64,000 nucleotides of DNA from an uncultured Flavobacteriales bacterium (GCA_943787925.1 CALSOH010000003.1:166431-230430); one strand, 5' to 3'; shown: positions 30,713 through 41,372, numbered from the stretch's first letter. Notes: generated from the letters alone by a model not told the origin. Program-made: numbers and translations.

Positions 30713-33700
30713 TTAGGGCGTCCAGCGCGGCAAGAGGGGCAGCGCGGTGTTCTCAATGCGGCTCGTGAACTCGCGGTAGTCCGTGTCCAAGAACTGCGTT
30801 ACTAGGCTGATTTCCTCGCGGGTGCGCTTCTCCCAGGTGGCATGCATGTTCAAGGTGTTGCTGCTGGGTTTGCCGCGCAAGCTCCAGAGGTAGCCGCCAA
30901 ACTGGCCGTTGACGGAGGCCCACGTTTCGGGCTGCTCGTAGTAGCCTTTGACGTCTTCCTTGCCAAAGAGGCGCAGGCGGTGCTCTTCAATCCCCTTCTT
31001 CAAGGTTTTGATGTCCTCCAGCAAAGGGCTGACGAGGGCGCTGTCTTCAGGGCTGTCTTTGCGGTCCTTCAGGATGCGTTCCAAACTGCTCAGGCCCTCG
31101 TTGGCCTCGTAAAGGGCCGAAAGTGCCTCCGAGAATTCTTGGTTAATCCCATACAGGCTGCGTTGGAACTCGATCTGAGCCGCCCATTCCGCTTCGCCCA
31201 TGTGGATGCGTGGGTCGTCGATAACCTCTACGCGTGCCGTGTCGCTCACCCCGTTCAAAGTGAAGACGGCGCTGTAGGAACCGGGAGCCACCGTGGCGCC
31301 GCGGGGATCAGATTTCTCACGCTCCTCGTTGCGCTTGCCCCAACGGGGACGTTGACTGCCTTTTTCAGCGAGGTCCCAGGTGAAGCGGTAGAGACCTTCG
31401 CGCTCGTCTTTGTCGAGCTTGCGCTCGATGTGGCGGATGACTTCGCCTTGCGCATTGTAGAGGTCGATAACCAGGGGCTCTTTGGAGTCCTCAGGGACAT
31501 CGAGGTGCAGCACAAAGCGTGCGCCGCCGCCGCGGTTCTCCCCTTTGAAGTCGGCCCAGCCTTGGAAGCGAATGCCATCGGAGACGCGGGTTTCGGCATG
31601 AATGGCCAAGGGCGCGTCGAAGGCGGTGAGCGTTCGGCCCTGAGCGGCGCCCTTCACCATAGCGCGCAGGGGACGCAGATCGTCCAGCACCCAGGCGGAA
31701 CGGCCAAAGGTGCCCAAGACCAAATCCTGCTCGCGCTCTTGAATGGCCAAATCTTGGACCGGCATAGTGGGAAGCCCCTTCCAGGCCTGCCAAGTCCGGC
31801 CGTAGTCGGTGCTGAGCTTGCAAGCCCGTTTCCGTGCCCAAATACAAGATGCTCGGCACTTCGTTGTCTTGAATCACGCTCAGAGTGTGGCCCGTCATGC
31901 CCGCCTTGGCGACCAGGTTGGTCCAGGTCTTTCCGTAGTCTTTGGTGTGGAAGAGGTAGGCGTTCCAGTCGTTTTGGCGGTAGTTGTTGACCACCACAAA
32001 GGCTTCGCCGGCGTCGTAGGCCGAAGCGTGGATGTGAGGCACCCAGGCGCCTTCTGGGAAGGCCCTTGATCTTGGGGCTGCAGTTGGTCCAGGTGGCGCC
32101 ACCGTCCTTGCTGACTTGGATGTTGCCGTCGTCGGTTCCGACCCACAGAGGTTTTGGGGTTTTTGGGCGAGGGCGCAATGGTCAAAATACAGGTGTGGTT
32201 CTCGGCGCCCGTCACGTCAAACGTGAGGCCGCCGGATTCGAGGGCCTTTTGCTTGTCCGGGTTGTTGGTGGTCAGGTCGGGGGAGATAATGGTCCATGTG
32301 CGGCCCTGGTCGGGGCTGTAGTGCACGTACTGGGAGCCATAATACACTCCGTCGTCATTGCTGGGGTCGCCGGCAATCGCCGCATTCCAATGCCAACGCA
32401 GCCATTCGCCGTCGGGATGGACGGGCTTGATGGATTCGGTCATGCCCGTGAGCATGTCCACGCGAGCCAAAGAGCCCTCCTGGGCCATGGCATAGGCGAT
32501 GCGGGGGTTGCTGGGGTGGGGCAGCACGTCAAAACCGTCGCCAAAGTAGAGCTCTTGCCATTCGTTGTTGCCGATTCCCGTCCCAATCCATGAGTAGGCG
32601 GGCCCGCGCCAAGATCCGTTGTCCTGCATGCCTCCATAGACATTGTAGGGCAGTTGGTTGTCCACGCGAATGTGGTAGAACTGTGCTACGGGCAGGTTTT
32701 CCACAAAGCGCCAACTATCACCGCCATCCCAGGAGATATTCAAGCCGCCATCGTTGCCTTCAATGATGTGGCCGGGGCGGTTTGGGTTCAGCCAAATGGC
32801 GTGGTGGTCCGGGTGGACTTTGGAGTAGGGTGTGGCAATTCCCCATGTTTTACCTCCATCGGTGCTTTTGGAAACGAGCGTCCAAAGGGAGTAAAGGGTT
32901 TGGTCGTTGAAGGGATCCACAAAGAGGTCCGAATAGTAGAAGGGGCGGTTGCCGATGTTCTCGTCTTCGCTGATTTTGAACCACTTGAATCCACCATCGT
33001 TGGAGCCGTACAAGCCATTCTTGGCTTTGTTTTCAATGAGCGCGTAGACTTTTTTGGGGTTCCCCGGAGCAATGGCAATGCCCATTCGGCCCAGTTCGCC
33101 TTCTGGAAGTCCATCTTCGGAGGTCCGCTTGGTCCAGGTTTCGCCTCCGTCCAAGGTCACGTACATACCGCTGCCTTCGCCGCCGGATTTGAAGATCCAG
33201 GGCCAACGGCGGTATTCCCACATGGCGCAGATCAACTTATTGGGATTGACCGGATCCATGACAAGGTCAGCCGCACCGGTTCGCTCGTTGTTGTAGAGCA
33301 CTTTGGACCAGGTCTTGCCGCCGTCGGTGGTTTTGTACACGCCGCGGTGTGGGCTATCGCCCCACGCCACGCCGATGGCCGCCACGTAGACGGTGTTCGG
33401 ATTTCGGGGGTCAATGACAATGCGGTGGATGTGCTTGGTCTCTTTCAAGCCGACCAGCTGGAAGGATTTTCCGCCGTCTACAGATTTGAAAAGGCCGCCG
33501 CCGCTGGATTGTGAATTTCGGGGGTTGCCTTCGCCGGTACCGACCCAAATCACATCGGGATTCGTGGGGTCGATCTTAACAGCGCCAATGCCTGCGGTGG
33601 GCTGATCGTCCCAAATAGAGGTCCACGACTGCCCCGCATTTTCGCTCACCCAGACTCCGCCGGAGGCCGTGCCCACGAATATGTGGTTGTCGTTTAGGGG

Positions 33701-33850
33701 GTTGACGTCAATAGACGTGACACGGCCAGACATGCCTGCTGGGCCAATGTTTCGGAATTTCATATCCTCCAACACATCGGGAGAAATGTTCTGTGCATAC
33801 CCTGCTCCGGCAAGGGCAAGCGCCATGATAGATAGGACTAACTTCTTCAT
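30713..33850 (-). pseudogene. sortilin/VPS10-like BNR (Asp-box) repeat glycosidase-like protein, frameshifted at least 3 times
   Basis: Signal peptide and many SxDxGxTW Asp-boxes. The reading frame changes near 32150, 32060 and 31800 (ORFs 31895-33850, 31654-32178, 31491-32102, 30713-31765). Confidence 0.8.
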
Positions 33851-33876
33851 TCCGGGAAGATAGTGCCCGGAAGCCT

Positions 33877-34773
33877 TTAATCCGCCACCTTGTACTTGCG
33901 TGGTGTGGTCCCAAATTTCTTTTTGAATGCCGCGATAAAATGACTGGGATTGGTGTATCCGATGTCAAAGGCCACCTCATTCACAGACTTACCTCCGGCA
34001 TCAAGCATACGCCGCGCATGATTTAGTCGCGTGTCCATCACAAAACCGTAGACGGTGTTCCCATACACTTCCTTGAATCCCACTTTGAGGCGGTAAGCAT
34101 TGAGACCTGTTTGGGCCGAAAGCTGGGCAATGGTGGGCGGACTTTGCCAACGGTCCAAAATAATGGACTTCGCTTCGCGAATTTTCCGAACGGTCTCCTC
34201 GTCCTTGAGGAAGGGACAGGCGACCACATTGGGTTCCGAGGTGTGGAAATACAATCCAAGGAGTTCCAAAATTTGGCCTAAATGCGCCACACGCTGCGCA
34301 TTCGGGCTAAGGCGTTCATGGAATAACCCCTCCAAGAGTATCTGCATGGCGGCATCCACTCCGCGCTGGTCATAGATGGGGCGCTGCATGTCTTTTTGAT
34401 TCAAGAAGGGCAACTCTTGGGCGTCTTGGCCATCCCGCATGAAGAGTGTGTGCATTCGGGAAAAAGACAATCGAATTCCCACCATGCGGTGTCCCGCAGG
34501 CATGCGAACCTGAGCCCGCAAGGCATCCTTGGGATTGTAGATGAAAAAGCTTTGGCCCTGAGGGAGGGGCCGCATGTACATGGGGCCAAACTGAAATGCC
34601 ACGTCCCCTTCCATGCTGAAGAAAAGATGGATGTGGTCTGGCTGCACATCCAGAGGGCGCGCCGATTCATCGTCGCCCATTGTCACGCGGACGACTCCGA
34701 TTCCCTCATAGAGATCGAGAAAATCACTGGAGGCACTCTTTGGGGTATTTCGGGCGTTGGATAGAAGGGGCAT
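33877..34773 (-). CDS. AraC-family transcriptional regulator
   Basis: C-terminal dual HTH (GYTNPSHFIAAFKKKFGTTP) with an N-terminal sensing domain. Confidence 0.88.
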   Translation of the reverse strand: MPLLSNARNTPKSASSDFLDLYEGIGVVRVTMGDDESARPLDVQPDHIHLFFSMEGDVAFQFGPMYMRPLPQGQSFFIYNPKDALRAQVRMPAGHRMVGIRLSFSRMHTLFMRDGQDAQELPFLNQKDMQRPIYDQRGVDAAMQILLEGLFHERLSPNAQRVAHLGQILELLGLYFHTSEPNVVACPFLKDEETVRKIREAKSIILDRWQSPPTIAQLSAQTGLNAYRLKVGFKEVYGNTVYGFVMDTRLNHARRMLDAGGKSVNEVAFDIGYTNPSHFIAAFKKKFGTTPRKYKVAD

Positions 34774-34906
34774 AGACTAAGAAATAGAGCGCAAAATTAA
34801 GCACTTACACTATGTTTAACGTATATTTTTGAGGTTTTGTTTTTGGGGCATTGTTTTTCATATCGGGGTATTTAGGCCCGCTTTTGCCCCCGTATTTTTG
34901 TCTCCG

Positions 34907-35071
34907 ATGAAGCAATTACGTCTCTACCGAAGCATTCTTCGCGAAGAAGGTTGGGCCGCCCTGGTTAAGAAGACCGGGAAGCCCGCGGCCATTGGCCTAT
35001 TTCTATTCTTCCTTCTCAAAGGCATCGGCTGGCTTGTGCTGGCATACGGGGGCTTTGAGTTGTTATTCTAA
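34907..35071 (+). CDS. small membrane protein (hypothetical)
   Basis: 54 aa starting at MKQLRLY, with a single hydrophobic helix. A hairpin at 35081-35114 follows. Confidence 0.35.
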   Translation: MKQLRLYRSILREEGWAALVKKTGKPAAIGLFLFFLLKGIGWLVLAYGGFELLF

Positions 35072-35157
35072 GTGTTTTTTAGCCCAAATTCATCCCAACC
35101 AAGTGCTTTGGGCTGCGTACTTTTGCGCTCTTGTCAGGTTTTAGAATACCTGGTAAC

Positions 35158-35230
<73 letters not shown>

Positions 35231-35497
35231 CTAAACCCTCATCAGAATTGGTGGGGGTTTTTTGTTGCTATCAGTGGGTTTAGGATATAAAGAACCTTTG
35301 ATGAGTCTTGTTAGACTTGAGGCCAAGTTAGAGATTCTGCGACTCACTCTGCGACTCACTTTCACCATTCCCCTCGTTTACTTGCCTCAACATCCTCTCT
35401 TGTTTCACAGATGTGGATTTCATAATGCCCCATTGTTTGGTTAAAGCACTTGTAGCCCTTCCTCCCATTGGGGGAGGTCTGTGGAATCATATAGGGT

Positions 35498-35842
35498 TCA
35501 GTTAGCCTCTTGTTCGCTCTCTTCAGTTTGGCTAATGGGTCTTCGTTCATATTCTTCTATTAGGAGGTTTGATAGTCGTCCGAGTTCTACATCTGTTAAG
35601 AGGTGTATGCCCTTTTCTAACTCTTGGATAGAGGCTATTTCTATGGCGTTTAGACGCGGTAAGATGAAGGGAAGTAGTTTGGATAGTCCTTGTATGTACT
35701 CTGTCCCTATGGGGAGGGATTCAAGGCTTTCTTTTAGTTTGTTTGGGTTGATGGTTTCTTGGATGTACTCTCGGATGTTGGTAGCGATTGGGTCTTTGGG
35801 TCTTCCTTTTGGATTCCCACTTTGTCCTTTCTTGAATGGCAT
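35498..35842 (-). CDS. DUF5681-like small protein (phage/mobile-element associated)
   Basis: MPFKKGQSGNPKGRPKD N-terminus typical of DUF5681. Start set at the ATG rather than the upstream TTG. Confidence 0.5.
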   Translation of the reverse strand: MPFKKGQSGNPKGRPKDPIATNIREYIQETINPNKLKESLESLPIGTEYIQGLSKLLPFILPRLNAIEIASIQELEKGIHLLTDVELGRLSNLLIEEYERRPISQTEESEQEAN

Positions 35843-36621
35843 TGATACTGGTTGTTTATTAAATAACTCCAACAATGGATTTGGCTACATATGTAATAGA
35901 AAAACCCTTTTTAGTTACTTATATGTAGGGACAGAGAAATACGCCTACTAAACTTCAGTCACCGTAAGCAAGATGGACGGCTGTTGGTTCGGGCAATAGG
36001 GCCCGTGTAGCAACGGGAGACTTCCTTCCATTTGGGATTGACAAATGAAAAGATGGAAGGCGCTTTGGCAAACTGGATTTCCAGCAGACTTGAGGCGTTA
36101 AAGGTTGACAGCGATGGCGAAGAACTCAACGGAAGTGACATAACATTTCCTACTTCAATAACTGTGAGTACCCGAGTTGGTCGGAAGTGTGGGGACTTCT
36201 TCTGACCGACTTGGGTTTCTCTCTTAAGTCTCTGAATCTAACAAAAGTGACTTAATGCTATAGATGTCAACATTCAACCTTGATTCGTTGATAAAAAGTC
36301 AGTAAATAGGTTACTACTTACTTGATAATGTGGACTTTAGGCTCTACCTTCGTTTCAGTTTCCACTGTGTTACACTGACTAAAACAACTCTAACTAAACT
36401 GTTTCTAACAGAAACAAAAAAGTTGAAACGCAAGGGTAGTTCTCAATACGGGATACCTATGCCAAAGAATTACACCAAGAGTCTTTTTGAAATCTGTTGC
36501 AATTGGGACTATCTCTTCATCTCCCTATGCTTATTGGTATTATATTTATAAACTAAATTACCTTCTCTACACTTGTCTTTCTATGGTCGGTGTATCAAGT
36601 AACTAATGTTCAACTATTGTT

Positions 36622-37434
36622 ATGAAAAAGATTATCCTCTGCCTTGCTATGCGTTCTGTTTTTAGTTTGGTCCTTATCCTCTGTTCTGTCGTTGGCTCTT
36701 TATCGGTCAATGCACAAGTAGGGGTCGGGACGAGTACCCCAGATGCTTCGGCAGCATTGGACGTCTCTTCTACCACTCAAGGTTTGTTGCCTCCAAGAAT
36801 GACTGCTGCGCAACGCAATAGCATTAGCAATCCTTCTGCAGGGCTGATGTTATGGTGTTCTGATTGTGGTGCAAATGGTGAATTAAATGTTTTTAACGGA
36901 ACTGCCTTTACCGCTATCGACGGTAGCGCAGCAGCAGCAGTCTCCCTCCCAGCCATAGGTGACGTTAGAGCAAACGGTGTTGTATTTTGGGTAGACCCTA
37001 CTAATCCCTACCAAGGCTTGGTATGTAGTTTTACAGATGTTGGCAACTATACGTGGGGTTGTAGTGGTACTGATATACCAAGCGTCGCAAATGTTCCATT
37101 TCCTCCTGCTTATACTGATGTTGGTGCGAGAATAGGAGATGGTAATTCCAACACTACTAATATATTAGCAAGTTGCCCTTCTGCTCCCGCTGCCTTAGCA
37201 GCAAGGACATTAGGAGCAGATTGGTTTTTACCAAGTTGGTTTGAGTTAGAGGAAATGTTTTTAAATAGAGTGGTTATAGAGGCTGTCTCTGGTTTTAGTC
37301 CATTTGGCACTGACTACAATAGCTCCACGGAATTTAATGCCACCTACTATGTGGGTTATCACGGCCAAAACTTTCCGGGCTTAATCCATAAGGCTAATTA
37401 TTCTTTTAAAGTACGTGCGGTTCGGGCTTTTTAG
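36622..37434 (+). CDS. secreted DUF1566 (Lcl C-terminal domain)-like protein
   Basis: Signal peptide, VGVGTSTPDASAALDV ... GLLPPRMTAAQRNSI N-terminal motif, then GVVFWVD ... DWFLPSWFELEEMF, typical of DUF1566. Confidence 0.6.
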   Translation: MKKIILCLAMRSVFSLVLILCSVVGSLSVNAQVGVGTSTPDASAALDVSSTTQGLLPPRMTAAQRNSISNPSAGLMLWCSDCGANGELNVFNGTAFTAIDGSAAAAVSLPAIGDVRANGVVFWVDPTNPYQGLVCSFTDVGNYTWGCSGTDIPSVANVPFPPAYTDVGARIGDGNSNTTNILASCPSAPAALAARTLGADWFLPSWFELEEMFLNRVVIEAVSGFSPFGTDYNSSTEFNATYYVGYHGQNFPGLIHKANYSFKVRAVRAF

Positions 37435-37869
37435 TAACAATTAAGCGAAGCGTTCGGTTCTCGCTTTGAAACAACATCAAGCGTAGCAGCTAACTAAAGA
37501 CTGGGCATATCCTCAACTTCAACTGCTGTCACTTCTAACCCCCTGAGGTGAGCGCCCTACCTCCTATAAATAGCCTTTGATGAAGATGTATTTCCGAGTA
37601 ATCTCAGCTTTAGAGCAGCTATCTGATATTTCTTAACCCTTTGTCGGTCAAACACTGAAACCGAACTACATTTAGGGTCTTGGCGCTGAATTGTCGCTAG
37701 AGAGCCTGATTTATCGTATACACACAGAGGGGGGGGCTAAAACGCCCCCGTCTTTTACCAATAAGTGCCGTCACCCGACACCTTAAGAACAGCTGACGTT
37801 TACTGTTGAGATTTTGGCTTGAACTTTTAAGAATCTAAACCTTCCTATGGAAGTGAAAAACCAACCAAT

Positions 37870-38920
37870 ATGATGAAGCAGGTAACTACAATTTTAGCCA
37901 TACTCGTGGGATTTACGATGAGTGCGCAAACAGACAACACTTCCTACGGGACTGGTGCATTAGGTAGTATAGTATCAGGAGGAAACTACAATAGTGCTTT
38001 TGGAAAGGATGCATTATTGAACACTACAACTGGGGATATGAATACAGCTGTAGGTCGTTCTGCGTTGAAAAATAACACAACGGGACAGGGTAATACCGCA
38101 GTAGGGGATCGTGGCTTAGTGGCTAATACAACAGGCAATAATAATACTGGAATTGGCATTGGTGCTCTATATAGTAACATCAATGGAGGCTTTAATTCTG
38201 GTGTTGGTTTGGATGCCCTAGTTTTTAACACTTCAGGGAGCTACAATTCGGCTTGTGGTAATGCATCTTTATATAACAACACCACGGGGAGTTACAATAC
38301 GGGATTGGGCTACAACGCTAGGGCTAGTTCGGTTAATGCGATAAACCAAACAGTTCTTGGTTACAATGCTGACGGTCAATCCGATAATTCCGTGACGTTG
38401 GGGAATAGTGATGTAACAGCGGTGTATATGGCTGAGGATAAAGGGGCGACGGTCTATGCAGCAGGGCTTGATCTTAAATAGCTTTTCCATCACGGCCACT
38501 TCGACTGTTCTCACCCTCGCTGGAGATTTAACCATCAACTCGGATGCACGCCTAAAGGACAACATCCAACCATTAGGCTCTACCCTTGACAAACTCCATC
38601 AGATAGAAGGCAAGACCTATTCATTCAAAAAGGATGAGGAGCATACACCCAAGATTGGGGTATTGGCACAAGAGGTGCAAGCCGTATTCCCAGAACTGGT
38701 TACGGAAGGTGCTGATGGCATCCTATCGGTCAACTATCAAGGACTTGTTCCCGTATTGATTAATGCCATCAATGAGCAAGACGGCCAAGATTGCAGCCTT
38801 GAGGCACAGAATGAACAACTCGCTATTGCCTCTCAAAAGATTGCGGCACTTGAAGAGATGGTTCGCTTTTTAGCCGTACAGCAATCTCAAGCCACATCAT
38901 TTTTACAAGCAGGATTATGA
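37870..38920 (+). pseudogene. tail-fibre domain protein with C-terminal S74 intramolecular-chaperone domain (frameshift near 38460)
   Basis: Signal peptide and NT(T/S)G-type head repeats (ORF 37870-38481). SDARLKDNIQPL ... IGVLAQEVQAVFPELV ... VNYQGLVPVLINAINEQ lies in the next frame (38456-38920). Confidence 0.7.
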
Positions 38921-40387
38921 TCACACAAACTACCAAGACCATGGTGCTCGCATGCACCCTGATCACCATAAACTTTGCTGCTTTTGGTCAAAACTTGGAG
39001 GTGGCTTCAGGCGGACTTCTGTACCTGTCGCCCGGGGCGGTGGTAACGGCGGGCGGTAACTTTTCTAATGCGGGGACTGTTACCCTTGATGCCTCCACGA
39101 CGGCCTACAGCCAGTTAAAAATCTCAGGTACGGCCACCGGGGATGTGGTACAGTCTCAGTACCTCGAAGCTGGCTCTCATTTAGTATCATCACCGGTATC
39201 ACAGGGGTTTACGACGACCTCTGGCGATAAGACAAAGCTCTATTCCTACGACGCGGCGGCCGGAAATTGGGCTACAATAGGCGCCAACTTTGCCACGGCA
39301 GGTCTTGGCTTCGCGGCGCGGGTGGACGCCACGCAGATTCCGTTTTTAACGGCTGCAGCCAATGCCAGTGTCACGGGACTCCGAACACGTCGATGACCCA
39401 CACCTTGGGCTTTTTGGCTCCAATTCACTTGCAGGTGGGTCTGGAACGGGCTGGAACCTCATCGGCAATCCCTACACCTGCGGACTGGATTGGTCTACGG
39501 TTTCACTGACCAACGTGAATTCAGCCTTTTACATCTGGGATCCCGCAACTACGAGCTACAAGTACTACAGTGGTGCTGGGCTGCTATTACCAACCCGGTA
39601 ATTCCCCCCATGCAGGCATTTTGGGTGCAGGCGACTCAAGCCGGTGCGTCCATTGCCACGACAATGGCTAACCACGGCACGGTCTCTAGCAGCCCCGCCT
39701 ACTACAAAACCATTCACGACAACCTCGTTGTCACGGTCACCAAGGTGGGAGACTCCGCCACGACAGACCGCCTGTGGGTGGCCAACATCCACGGAACGAG
39801 CGACGGCTTTGACGGCGCCTACGACGCCTGGAAGATGACCAACGGCCCCACGATGCCCAATGTCTTCACCTGGGATATGGGCGAGCGCATCGCCATCAAC
39901 GCCACGCAGATTGATGCGGCCAAGGTGCTCCCTATGGGCTTTAGCTACGCAGTGGCTGGCGAGAAGTTTGGTAGTACGCCTCGAGCAGGTAACCGGAGGC
40001 CAGTACTATGACGTCTACCTCGAAGACAAGCTCACCGCTAGCTACCACGACCTCAACCAAAGCGACTACGCCTTCACCCACCAGGGCTGGACTCAGGAGG
40101 GTCCGCGTTTTGCGCTTCACTTTAGCTTAAGTACGGTAGGGGTAGAGGAGCCCAATGCTGCCGACCTCTTTGTGGCCTATCAAAACCAAGATCGTATTAT
40201 GCTGCGCTCCATTGGCGAAGGCTTTAGCGCCTACCGCCTCTATGGCCTCAACGGTCAGGAGCTATCGCGCGGACCCTTGACCCCGGGCATGCAGAGTATT
40301 GCGGCGCCCACCAGCGCGGGACTCTACCTCATTGAGGCCTATGGGCCTCAGGGATCCCTGCGCCAGAAATTCATCATTGTATACTAG
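38917..40387 (+). pseudogene. T9SS-sorted secreted protein, frameshifted at least 3 times
   Basis: Signal peptide at 38917. Fragments lie in three frames (38917-39396, 39362-39601, 39490-40011, 39860-40387). The C-terminal sorting domain ends GLYLIEAYGPQGSLRQKFIIVY. Confidence 0.65.
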
Positions 40388-40694
40388 CCTGCAGTTATGA
40401 AGAATATCTATTGCCATTATGCTGCTCTTCTCGCTCGATAGCGCGAGGGCAAGACAGCGAGAACGCCTTTGAGGAGGCCTTCGAAGACATGTTTCAGTAC
40501 GAGGAACCAGTGTGGATCCCGCAAAACACTCCGCCTCCCCACCCGTTCCCCTCGACGGAGGCCTTGTAGCCCTACTGGCCGCAGGTGGCGCCGTCGCCTA
40601 CAAGAAGTACCGATCGGCCAAGGCATAACTGACAATGGGAACGGCATTATATAGCCCGCACCAAACCACGTCAAAATGACTTAGGTGTTTGGTT

Positions 40695-41372
40695 CTACGC
40701 AAAATGCAGCGTCCGCCATCCGTAGGCCTCGGCGGCTGATGCAATGTTGGCGGCGTTGTCGTCGACAAACAGCACTTCGGCGGGCGAGGTAATGCCCAGC
40801 TCGCGGTCCACGGCCGCATAAATCGCAGGGTCGGGCTTGCGCAAACCCATGTCAAACGAGTAAAACACGCGCTCAAAGCAGCGCTCAAAGGCTGCATAGC
40901 GCTCACGCAACGTCTTGGTGTCATGAGATTCCTCGCTTTTTGGTACTTGGTGGAAATCAAAATTCTCATGGACCGTTTCTTCGACCATGAAGGTGATCCA
41001 GGTAGAATCGTACCGGTAGGGGTCAACCTCCAGCCAAAAGTCTTGACCCTGTATGTACTCTCCCACAAATTCTTCTACCACAAGTGTATCCCTATTCATG
41101 CGAAAGGCATAGGGTTTTTGAAAGTGCAGATCTAGTCCTTCTGAGAGCATGACCGACCAGGCTGAATCCGGCCAGCCCTCCCAGCCGCGGTACTTCAAGG
41201 CTTCTTGGTGCGTGAGAAAAGGGAAGAGATCTAGGTCCCCTTCCGCATGCCCGCTATCTGAAGTGACCGTTGCCCGCGCCACATACTGAGCATTATCCTG
41301 GGGTTGGCAGGATATTACCAAGCCTACGAAGCTAAAAGACAGCAGAATCAGGCAGACATTTTGCACCTTCAA
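40695..41372 (-). CDS. chimeric lipoprotein-like ORF with a C-terminal HAD-hydrolase fragment
   Basis: TTG start and lipobox-like LVISC, then about 150 aa of unknown sequence. The last 70 aa or so resemble the C-terminus of the HAD gene at 30038-30703 (VFYSFDMGLRKPDP ... FVDDNAANI). Confidence 0.5.
   Translation of the reverse strand: MKVQNVCLILLSFSFVGLVISCQPQDNAQYVARATVTSDSGHAEGDLDLFPFLTHQEALKYRGWEGWPDSAWSVMLSEGLDLHFQKPYAFRMNRDTLVVEEFVGEYIQGQDFWLEVDPYRYDSTWITFMVEETVHENFDFHQVPKSEESHDTKTLRERYAAFERCFERVFYSFDMGLRKPDPAIYAAVDRELGITSPAEVLFVDDNAANIASAAEAYGWRTLHFA

Larger units (their letters stand above)
35231..38920. mobile_element. low-GC genomic islet adjacent to tRNA-Met (no recombinase found)
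   Basis: Abrupt drop in GC immediately 3' of the tRNA. Phage-associated domains (DUF5681-like, S74 tail-fibre chaperone) and long AT-rich non-coding stretches. Confidence 0.35.

Noticed and set aside
30842-31990. 382-aa plus-strand ORF (likewise 32654-33514, 32066-32593)
   Set aside because: Antisense to the BNR/sortilin-like gene, whose Asp-box repeats give strong coding evidence on the minus strand.
37870-38920. Intact prophage inferred from the tail-fibre gene
   Set aside because: No capsid, portal, terminase, tail tube/sheath, lysis or integrase genes in the flanking 10 kb. The protein has a signal peptide and is followed by a T9SS cargo gene.
40417-40674. 85-aa minus-strand ORF, and a possible plus-strand small ORF (MKNIYCHYAALL... 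at 40397)
   Set aside because: The minus ORF is Arg-rich and looks spurious. The plus-strand candidate needs two frame corrections to give a plausible membrane-anchored peptide (...ALLAAGGAVAYKKYRSAKA), which is too speculative to call.
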